A DNA stretch of 64,000 nt from an uncultured Gammaproteobacteria bacterium (GTDB lineage Bacteria; Patescibacteriota; Patescibacteriia; Buchananbacterales; UBA6539), in assembly GCA_964497245.1 (NCBI GenBank), contig CAZCCC010000001.1, positions 10,297 through 74,296 on the forward strand, written 5' to 3'. How positions within the stretch are numbered: the first letter of the stretch is position 1; each line of letters starts with the position of its first letter. This document shows, piece after piece, positions 26,648-34,448 of this stretch. Under the pieces are notes generated by a model, which was not told where the DNA came from, searched no databases, and saw only the letters and a list, made by a program, of their open reading frames with translations. The position numbers were made by a program, and so were the translations under genes.

Positions 26648-29437
26648 ATGTTCAAGAAAAATATTAAGATTATTGTTACCTTGGGTCCGTCAACTAAAAC
26701 CATATCAGATTTAAGAAAAATTAAAGATAGGGGCGTAAGTTTTGTTCGTATTAATATGTCGCATTCCAGTATTGATGATCTTAAATATTTTATTAATTTG
26801 GCAAAAACTGTTGATATCCCATTTATTATTGACACTGAAGGTTCTCAAATCAGGACAGGTGATCTAATTGAAAGCAGTATTAATCTGAATGAGAATGACG
26901 AGATAAAGATATATAAAGAGCAAATAGTTGGTGATATCCACAAAATATCAATTAAGCCAAGTTATGTAATAGACCAACTTAAAATTGGTGATATATTGTA
27001 TGTAGATTTTAATGCTTTAATTTTAGAAATTTCAGATATTTCAACTATTTCTGTAGGCTATATTACGGCCAAGGCTATCAATAAAGGCAGTCTGGGACGA
27101 AATAAAGGCGTAGCAATAGATTCATCTGATAATACTAAGTTTGATTTGCCAGTTCTGTCGGAAAAAGATTATCAATCAATCAAGGTAGGTTTAGAAGAGG
27201 GTATTAGTCATATTGCGGCATCATTTATGAGATCTGAGCAGTTTGTTAAAGATGTTAAGATGGCTACGAAAGGCAAGATGAAAATTATTTCAAAAATTGA
27301 GTGCCTTGATGCACTAAATAATTTAGATGAGATTATTAAAGAGTCTGATTTTTTGTTAATTGACAGAGGAGATTTAAGTAAAGAAATTCCAATAGAAAAA
27401 ATTCCATTTTTACAAAAAATAATTCTAAGCAAATCTCGTAATTATAATAAGGAAACTTTTATTGCAACTAATTTATTAGAGACCATGGTTGAAAAGAGTA
27501 ATCCAACCAGAGCGGAAGTTAATGATGTAATTAATGCTATTTTAGATGGTGCTTCTGGTTTAACCCTTTCATCTGAAACAGCAATAGGTAAATATCCAAT
27601 AGCCTGTATTAATATGCTAAATAAATTGATCAAGCAAACAACCTTATTTAATGATATAACTTATCAAAAATCCGGTGATCGGTTAGCTAAAAAGTTATTT
27701 AAGTCAAATTATTTTTTAAGTACAGATTCATCATCTTCTCTAATTTCTCCTCACGGCGGCACCTTAATAAATAGGATTTCTGATGGATCGTTTAGTAAGC
27801 AATATTTAGATTCTTTAAAAAAAATTGTAGTAAGTCAAAATATTTCAATGGATATTGAGCAGATAGCAGTTGGTACTTTTAGCCCCCTGGAAGGTTTTAT
27901 GATAAAACGTGATTTTAATAGTGTTCTCAATAAAATGAGACTTGTAAACGGAGCAGTATGGACAATTCCCATAGTTTTGGATGTCTCAAAAGAACATGCT
28001 GACAATATATCTTTAGGTGAAGATATTATGCTAATTGGTGATGGCGGCTTGATAGCATTAATCAATGTAGAGGATAAATACTCATTTAATAAAAAAGAAG
28101 TTTCTTTAAAACTTTATGGTACTACTAGTAATAAACATCCCGGTGTTTTGTGGGTGAATAGCCTAGATCAAATATTACTGGGAGGGAAAATTACTCTTCT
28201 CAAAAGAAGAGAATCAGAGTTTCAGGAATATATTCTGACTCCCAGACAAACAAGAAGGTTGTTTGAAGAAAAAAATTGGTCTAGGGTTGTGGGATTTCAT
28301 ACTAGAAATGTTATTCACCGCAGTCATGAATTTATTCAAATGAAAGCTTTGGAGGTTGAAAATTGTGATGGGCTTTTTGTTCATCCAGTAATTGGCAAAA
28401 AGAAGCCTGGTGATTTTTATGCCAAATACATTATTGAAAGTTATAAGCTTATGGTTAAAAATTTTTACCCAGCCGATAAGGTATTCTTTGCCACTTTGCC
28501 GACTTATTCTAGATATGCCGGTCCCAGAGAAGCAGTTTTTACCGCTTTGTGCCGCAAGAACTTCGGTTGCAGCCATTTTATTGTTGGTCGTGACCACACT
28601 GGAGTTGGTAATTTTTACAATCCTACGGCGTCTCATGATATTTTTGATAAATTTCCTGATTTAGGCATGAAAATAATTAAATTTAATAAGATATTTTACT
28701 CAAAAAAATATGACGGTTATATTCATGAGACTGAGGATTCTGATCATTTGGAAGAAGATAAGCTTCATATAAGCGGCACAGAAGCTAGAAAAATGTTTGA
28801 GGAAGGGGATATTCCGCCATGCTGGTTTATGCGTCCGGAAATATCACAATTTATTTCAAATGCAATTTGCAACAAAGAAGAAGTTTTTATTAAAAAAGAG
28901 TCAGTTGAAAAAGGAATAGTTCTTTGGTTTACTGGTTTAAGTGGCTCAGGAAAAACCACGATTGCCGGTGAATTAGAAAATCGATTAAAAACTCTTAGAA
29001 AGAAAGTTGTGATAATTGATGGCGATACCGTAAGGTCTACAATTAATAAAAATCTTGGTTTTTCCCGAGAAGACATAAAAGAAAATAATTTAATAATTGC
29101 AAAATTAGCTGAGGAAGCAGCTTTTAAAAATGATTTTGTGGTTGTACCAATTATTTCTCCTTACCAAGAAGATAGAAACATGGCTCGCTCATTAATTGGC
29201 TCTCGATTTTTTGAAATTTTTATAAATTGTTCTATTGATAAATGTATTAAAAGAGATCCCAAGGGTTTTTATAAGAAAGCTTTAGAAGGAAAAATCAATA
29301 ATTTTATAGGGCTTAGTAAAAGTAATCCGTATGAGATTCCAATAAATCCGGATTTAGAAATAAAAACTGATATTCATAGTCTTGATGAAAATATTCTTTT
29401 AATTTTAGATTTTTTAAAATCTAAGGCCTTATTGTAA
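26648..29437 (+). CDS. Tri-domain protein: pyruvate-kinase-like catalytic (A+B) domains, ATP sulfurylase, and APS kinase (PAPS synthase with an N-terminal PK module)
   Basis: 929 aa. Residues 1-340 align along their whole length with pyruvate kinase: KIIVTLGP, VRINMSHSS, IIDTEGSQIRTG, IISKIECLDAL...LLIDRGDLSKEIP, ATNLLETMVEKSNPTRAEVNDVINAILDGASGLTLSSETAIGKYP. Residues about 360-750 are ATP sulfurylase: LISPHGGTLINRI, GFHTRNVIHRSHEF, VGRDHTGVG. Residues about 760-929 are APS kinase: LWFTGLSGSGKTTIA, CIKRDPKGFYKKALEGKINNFIGLSKSNPYE. Confidence 0.8.
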   Translation: MFKKNIKIIVTLGPSTKTISDLRKIKDRGVSFVRINMSHSSIDDLKYFINLAKTVDIPFIIDTEGSQIRTGDLIESSINLNENDEIKIYKEQIVGDIHKISIKPSYVIDQLKIGDILYVDFNALILEISDISTISVGYITAKAINKGSLGRNKGVAIDSSDNTKFDLPVLSEKDYQSIKVGLEEGISHIAASFMRSEQFVKDVKMATKGKMKIISKIECLDALNNLDEIIKESDFLLIDRGDLSKEIPIEKIPFLQKIILSKSRNYNKETFIATNLLETMVEKSNPTRAEVNDVINAILDGASGLTLSSETAIGKYPIACINMLNKLIKQTTLFNDITYQKSGDRLAKKLFKSNYFLSTDSSSSLISPHGGTLINRISDGSFSKQYLDSLKKIVVSQNISMDIEQIAVGTFSPLEGFMIKRDFNSVLNKMRLVNGAVWTIPIVLDVSKEHADNISLGEDIMLIGDGGLIALINVEDKYSFNKKEVSLKLYGTTSNKHPGVLWVNSLDQILLGGKITLLKRRESEFQEYILTPRQTRRLFEEKNWSRVVGFHTRNVIHRSHEFIQMKALEVENCDGLFVHPVIGKKKPGDFYAKYIIESYKLMVKNFYPADKVFFATLPTYSRYAGPREAVFTALCRKNFGCSHFIVGRDHTGVGNFYNPTASHDIFDKFPDLGMKIIKFNKIFYSKKYDGYIHETEDSDHLEEDKLHISGTEARKMFEEGDIPPCWFMRPEISQFISNAICNKEEVFIKKESVEKGIVLWFTGLSGSGKTTIAGELENRLKTLRKKVVIIDGDTVRSTINKNLGFSREDIKENNLIIAKLAEEAAFKNDFVVVPIISPYQEDRNMARSLIGSRFFEIFINCSIDKCIKRDPKGFYKKALEGKINNFIGLSKSNPYEIPINPDLEIKTDIHSLDENILLILDFLKSKALL

Positions 29438-29448
29438 ATGATTTAATT

Positions 29449-30252
29449 ATGCCAAAATTTTCTCCAGAAATTTTAATAGCAATAAAAGCGGCTATAAAGG
29501 CTTCAGTAGAAATAAAAAAAATATATAGTAAAGATTTTTTATTGCAGTTTCGGGATGGCAATCCAGTTTCCGAGGCTGATACAGTAAGCAATAAAATAAT
29601 AAAGAAATTTTTAAGTAAAACGGAAATCGACATTTTTTCAGAAGAAGATTTAGACAATTTTAGCCGTTTATCAAAAAGGAAAATTTGGATTATTGATCCG
29701 TTAGATGGTACTTTAGATTTTATTAATAGGACTGGAGAATTTTCTATTATTATTGGACTTGTCGAAAATAAAATTTCTGTTGGCGGAGTAATATATAAGC
29801 CAATTGGTGATACATTATATGTGGCAGAAAAAAATAAAGGAGCTTATCGGTGTAAAGATAAGATTTGGGATAAGATATCTGTCAGTTCAATCTCTGAGTT
29901 AGTAGAAGCAAGGGTGGTAATGAGCAGACATCACTTGTCAACAGAGGATAAAGAATTTTTAAGTCACTTGAAAATTAATAATTATATACAATGCGGGAGC
30001 TGTGGGTTAAAAGCTGCATCAATAGCTGAAGGAAAGGCGGAATTATATTTTACAAGTACTAATAAGATAAAGCAGTGGGATACTTGTGCGGCAAGCTGTT
30101 TAATTGCAGAAGCTGGTGGAGAGATTACAGATATGTTTGGGCAATCATTAGTTTATAATATAAAAAAAAATAACCACGATAATGGCATCCTAGTGTCTAA
30201 TGGAATAATTTATCAAGAAGTAATTAACAAATTAAAAATTTTACAAAAGTAA
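29449..30252 (+). CDS. cysQ: Inositol-monophosphatase-family 3'(2'),5'-bisphosphate nucleotidase (CysQ-like PAP phosphatase)
   Basis: 267 aa; IWIIDPLDGTLDFI (W-x-x-DPLDGT) and WDTCAASCLIAEAGG (WD..A motif). Confidence 0.7.
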   Translation: MPKFSPEILIAIKAAIKASVEIKKIYSKDFLLQFRDGNPVSEADTVSNKIIKKFLSKTEIDIFSEEDLDNFSRLSKRKIWIIDPLDGTLDFINRTGEFSIIIGLVENKISVGGVIYKPIGDTLYVAEKNKGAYRCKDKIWDKISVSSISELVEARVVMSRHHLSTEDKEFLSHLKINNYIQCGSCGLKAASIAEGKAELYFTSTNKIKQWDTCAASCLIAEAGGEITDMFGQSLVYNIKKNNHDNGILVSNGIIYQEVINKLKILQK

Positions 30253-30267
30253 ATTAAAATTAAATTT

Positions 30268-31656
30268 TTATTGCCCCTTCCTCGTTAAAATAGTTTTAAT
30301 AGTTTTTAGCATTATGCTCAAATCAAGCGCCAATGATCGATTTTTAATATAATATAAATCATACTGTAATTTTTCTAGTGTTTCTTCTTTAGATCCACCG
30401 TAAGCCGGCCCGGCAACTTGCGCCCAGCCGGTTAGGCCGGGTTTAACCAATAATCTTTCCTTGTAAAAGGGAATTTCTTTTTCCAGTTCTTGGACAAATT
30501 CCGGTCTTTCGGGTCTTGGTCCAATTAAGCTCATTTCATTTTTTAAAATATTAATCAGCTGGGGAATTTCGTCAATTCTGGTTTTTCTGAAAAATTTTCC
30601 AACTTTAGTTATCCTTGAATCGTTTTTTGCCGCCCATTGCGGACCGTTGACTTCGGCATTATTTATCATTGTTCGGAATTTTATTGCCAAAAAATTTTTT
30701 CCATCCTTGCCGGTTCTGATTTGTTTGAAAAATACTGGACCCTTGCTTTCAAGTTTTATTACCAAGGCAATTAATGGCCAAAATATCATAGTAACCAATA
30801 GCATAAATACTGAAAATGTAATATCAAAAAATCTTTTTAATGTATCATAATTTTTTTTGCTTTTTTCAGTCAGATTTTCTAGAAACCAAACTCGTTCAAT
30901 TGTAGCGACAGGAATTTTGCCGGTTATTTTTTCGTAAAAATTTGTAATGTCAAAAAAACCGATTTTGAGAGGCAGACATTCAAACAAGCTTTTTGCAAGA
31001 TTGTCGTTTTCACGCGGATGTATTGTTGATATGACAGTATTTATGTCGTTGTCTTGGCAAATTAACTTTAAATTTTTAAAATCATCATTTACCACCAAAC
31101 TTTCAAAATCTTTTAAAACTTCAATCCCTGGTTCAAGTATTATTTTTTTTATCCTTAATCCGAGTTGAGGCTTTCTGTTTACTTCTTTTATTATTTGTTC
31201 AACCAGATCATTGAATCCTATTATTGCAACCGCGTTAAAAGCCATAGAAGAAGTGGCTAAATCATATGTTAGTCGCCATAGGTAAATTAAAGTTCCGCTT
31301 ACTAAGATATATATGAATAAGACTCTTTGGGGCTTGATGCTAAAAATATTATTTTGTCCGATGTAAAAAAATACAATAGTTATAAGACTGCTGATTAAAA
31401 TACTTCTCATAATCCGCACTAAAAGGCTTATTTTGCTTTGACTTCTGTCTATTTCGTAAAGGTCGTCTATGTAAAAAATTATCAGCCAGACTGCAAATAC
31501 CACTGAAAAAGGCCAGAGATGTTTTTCCCAGATTTGTCCATTGAATTCATTTTGATACCTAAGTGCCAAAGTTAAAAATAAAGAAAAATAAAGGATTATT
31601 ATATCCCCAAGCAATAATAAATATTTTTTCTTTTTTACCAATGAATCATTTGCCAT
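30268..31656 (-). CDS. Polyprenyl-phosphate hexose-1-phosphate transferase (bacterial sugar transferase; WbaP/PglC-like initiating enzyme)
   Basis: 462 aa; N-terminal TM helices, C-terminal KRFFDITFSVFMLL...KQIRTGKDGKNFLAIKFRTM...DEIPQLINILKNEMSLIGPRPERPEF. Confidence 0.8.
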   Translation of the reverse strand: MANDSLVKKKKYLLLLGDIIILYFSLFLTLALRYQNEFNGQIWEKHLWPFSVVFAVWLIIFYIDDLYEIDRSQSKISLLVRIMRSILISSLITIVFFYIGQNNIFSIKPQRVLFIYILVSGTLIYLWRLTYDLATSSMAFNAVAIIGFNDLVEQIIKEVNRKPQLGLRIKKIILEPGIEVLKDFESLVVNDDFKNLKLICQDNDINTVISTIHPRENDNLAKSLFECLPLKIGFFDITNFYEKITGKIPVATIERVWFLENLTEKSKKNYDTLKRFFDITFSVFMLLVTMIFWPLIALVIKLESKGPVFFKQIRTGKDGKNFLAIKFRTMINNAEVNGPQWAAKNDSRITKVGKFFRKTRIDEIPQLINILKNEMSLIGPRPERPEFVQELEKEIPFYKERLLVKPGLTGWAQVAGPAYGGSKEETLEKLQYDLYYIKNRSLALDLSIMLKTIKTILTRKGQ

Positions 31657-31750
31657 TATGGCTGAATTATAGGATAATTATTTTTTTTAGTCAATTAAAT
31701 AGGCTTGAAGTTAAGGTTGTTTTCTGGTAGAATTAAATTGTTTTTACTTT

Positions 31751-34447
31751 ATGATTTTAGAAGAAAAAAGCCATCAAATTGGAAATTTTTTGACGCATTT
31801 TATCAAATTTGGCGTTTTTTTTATTTTGTTTTTGCCAATGGTGATGAACAGTGGATTTTTTTTCCCTTTTGTTGTCCCAAAAAATATACTTTTTAGGATT
31901 AGTGTTGAAATTATTTTTGCTTCATATCTGCTTTTGCTTTATTTTAAACCCGAATACCGTCCGAAATTGAATAATTTGATTTGGGCAGTTTTGGCATTTT
32001 TTGGATTAATTTTTATTTCAACTTTCAGCGGAATTGGCGTTTATCTAAGTTTTTGGGGAAATTATGAGAGAATGGGTGGGCTTTTTCATCATTTGCATCT
32101 TTTGGCTTATTTTTTAGTCTTAATAAGTGTTATAAAAAGAAAAGACGACTGGGATCAATTTTTTTCTTTTTCAATTTTTGTAAGCACATTGATGTCTTTT
32201 TTGGCTTATGCTCAATGGCTTGAGTTGCCTTTTTTGCTTCCTTCTTCGGGCGGAGCCAGGCTTACGGGCATGGTTGGCAATGCAACTTATCTTGCGGCTT
32301 ATCTGATATTTAATGTTTTTTTTGTCCTTTATTTTTTAATGAAGCCTGAAAAATTCAAGATAAAACTTTTTTTATACAGTTTTTTAGTTTTTGATTTATT
32401 TTTAATCCTTAGCGGAGTTTTGGCTAGAATTTATCGTTTTTCAGATTGGGGCAGCTTTAATTTTTTAAAAGCTTCAATAATCAAAGATAGTTTATATTAT
32501 CCTTGGTTTCTTTACCTTTTTTTGGCTTTTCAAATTTTAATATTTTTAACTTGGTATTTCCGTTTTAAAAAATACGCAATTTCTTGTTTGCTTTGGGTTA
32601 TTTTTATTTTTCAGGCATGGGTGATTTTAAATACCCAAACCAGGGGAGCGGTTTTAGGGCTTTTGGCTGGTTTTGCCGTTTTTTTAATTATTTTATTTTT
32701 CAGCTGCAGTAATAAGAAAAGAAAAATTTTTTATCTTTCTACTTCCGGATTAATTTTATTTTTTCAGCTTTTGGCTTTTGGCTGGGGCAGATCAATAGCT
32801 GATTTTTTGAAAGAAAGTGAGCTTAAATTTTTTAGCGATCTGGGAATAGTTTTAGCTAGGGTTTCAGGCTCTATTTCCTTAGTAGGCTTTTATTTAAGCC
32901 TGCTTGGAATTTCTATTGTTTGTATTTATTTTTTTAGAGAAAAAAGAAAAAAGATAATAGTTACTTTTTTTGTTTTTACTTTACTCTTGCTGCCAATTTT
33001 TGGAATTTTTAGTAGAAGTATCTTTTCAAAAACAGACAACCATGTTTTTGGTCGATTTCTTAATTTTTCCAATATTAAAGATAAAACCACTCAGTCGCGA
33101 TTACTTACATGGGAAGCAAGCTGGAAAGGCCTTACCGAAAGTCCCAAAACTTTTTTGATCGGTTATGGTTTGGAGAATTATTATTACATTTTTAATAAAT
33201 ATTTTCCGGTTGAAATTTATAAAAACGCTGGATCGCAAATTTGGTTTGATCGGCCTCATAACATTATTTTTGATGTTGCTTCAACTGCCGGAGTCTTGGG
33301 CCTTTGTTGCTATCTAGTTATTTTAGGTCTGGCAATTTTTAGCTTGATTAAAAATTATAAGTTAAATAAGTCAGTCCGCCGAACCTGGCTTTTTGTTTGT
33401 TTGCTTTTTGCCTATTTAATTCAGAATTTTTTTGTTTTTGATACTTTGAATACGGAAATTTTGTTTTTTTTGGTTTTAGCAATGGTTTGTTTTGAAAAAA
33501 ATCTATATATTACACGCAAGGATGACAAACAAAATTCAATCACGAAAATTTTTAGCTATATTTATCCGGTAATTTCGGTAATAATTGTAGTTGCTGGACT
33601 GATTGTTAATATTAATATAGCCAAAGCCAATATTCTTCTGGTTGAGGCGATTCATCCAATTAAGATATCAAAACACTGTTCGGAAAAAATTGATTGTTTC
33701 CGTATAGCTATTGATAAGTCAATAGTCGGCCGATTTGAAGCTCGCCAACAGCTGGGAAGTTATGTTTTATCCAGCTTGGGAAGTAACAGAATTTTAGAAA
33801 GCAAAAAAAGTGACGCGGTAAACTTTACTGCTAACGAACTCAGAAAAAGCGTTGAGGAAGAGCCGCTTAATGTTAGGCATTATCTTTTTTTGGCCGGATT
33901 TTATAATAGTACAGCCAATTTTAACAGGCAGAATCCGGCAAAAACTCTTGGTTTATTGGAAAAAGCCAAGGTTCTCAGTCCGACCAGACCTCATATATAT
34001 TATGAGATGGGCAAGGCATATTATCTTTTAGGCGATTTTGATAATTCAATAAATAGTTTTAAAGAGGCAATTGAATTGGCGCCTAATGTGATTGATGCTC
34101 ATTTAAACCTTCTTAGATCATATATAATTTTCGGACAAAGTGATTTATTTGAAGAATATTTTGAAAAAATGAAACAGGAGTTTAATTGGGAACCGAAAGC
34201 AGAAGAATACGCAATAATGGCAAGCTTATTTCAGATAAGCAAGAATTATGATAAAATGATTGAACTGCAGCTTCAGGCCGTCAAATTGGAACCCAGCTTT
34301 GAAAATTATAAGAATTTGGTGGTTTTTTATGCCTTGGCACAAAAATCAGACAAGGCTGAAGATGTTATTTCTGAAATAAAAAAAATTAGTTCGGCTGCCG
34401 CCTTGGAGCTGGAAAAAATTTTACAAGAATTAAATAATTTGAAATAA
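31751..34447 (+). CDS. O-antigen ligase/polymerase-like membrane protein (Wzy_C) with C-terminal TPR repeats
   Basis: 898 aa; about 12 TM segments in the N-terminal 600 aa; C-terminal roughly 250 aa has TPR-like periodicity (MGKAYYLLGDFDNSINSFKEAIELAPN...). Confidence 0.55.
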   Translation: MILEEKSHQIGNFLTHFIKFGVFFILFLPMVMNSGFFFPFVVPKNILFRISVEIIFASYLLLLYFKPEYRPKLNNLIWAVLAFFGLIFISTFSGIGVYLSFWGNYERMGGLFHHLHLLAYFLVLISVIKRKDDWDQFFSFSIFVSTLMSFLAYAQWLELPFLLPSSGGARLTGMVGNATYLAAYLIFNVFFVLYFLMKPEKFKIKLFLYSFLVFDLFLILSGVLARIYRFSDWGSFNFLKASIIKDSLYYPWFLYLFLAFQILIFLTWYFRFKKYAISCLLWVIFIFQAWVILNTQTRGAVLGLLAGFAVFLIILFFSCSNKKRKIFYLSTSGLILFFQLLAFGWGRSIADFLKESELKFFSDLGIVLARVSGSISLVGFYLSLLGISIVCIYFFREKRKKIIVTFFVFTLLLLPIFGIFSRSIFSKTDNHVFGRFLNFSNIKDKTTQSRLLTWEASWKGLTESPKTFLIGYGLENYYYIFNKYFPVEIYKNAGSQIWFDRPHNIIFDVASTAGVLGLCCYLVILGLAIFSLIKNYKLNKSVRRTWLFVCLLFAYLIQNFFVFDTLNTEILFFLVLAMVCFEKNLYITRKDDKQNSITKIFSYIYPVISVIIVVAGLIVNINIAKANILLVEAIHPIKISKHCSEKIDCFRIAIDKSIVGRFEARQQLGSYVLSSLGSNRILESKKSDAVNFTANELRKSVEEEPLNVRHYLFLAGFYNSTANFNRQNPAKTLGLLEKAKVLSPTRPHIYYEMGKAYYLLGDFDNSINSFKEAIELAPNVIDAHLNLLRSYIIFGQSDLFEEYFEKMKQEFNWEPKAEEYAIMASLFQISKNYDKMIELQLQAVKLEPSFENYKNLVVFYALAQKSDKAEDVISEIKKISSAAALELEKILQELNNLK

Positions 34448-34448
34448 A

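Noticed and set aside
27208-29076. Antisense or alternate-frame ORFs (27208-27432, 27442-27633, 27835-28065, 28214-28636, 28392-28664, 28765-29076) inside the tri-domain gene
   Set aside because: The sense frame carries uninterrupted PK, ATP-sulfurylase and APS-kinase motifs; the alternatives have no motifs.
31705-31896. 63-aa ORF overlapping the start of the O-antigen-ligase-like gene
   Set aside because: Different frame from the 898-aa ORF, which begins at 31751; no independent support.
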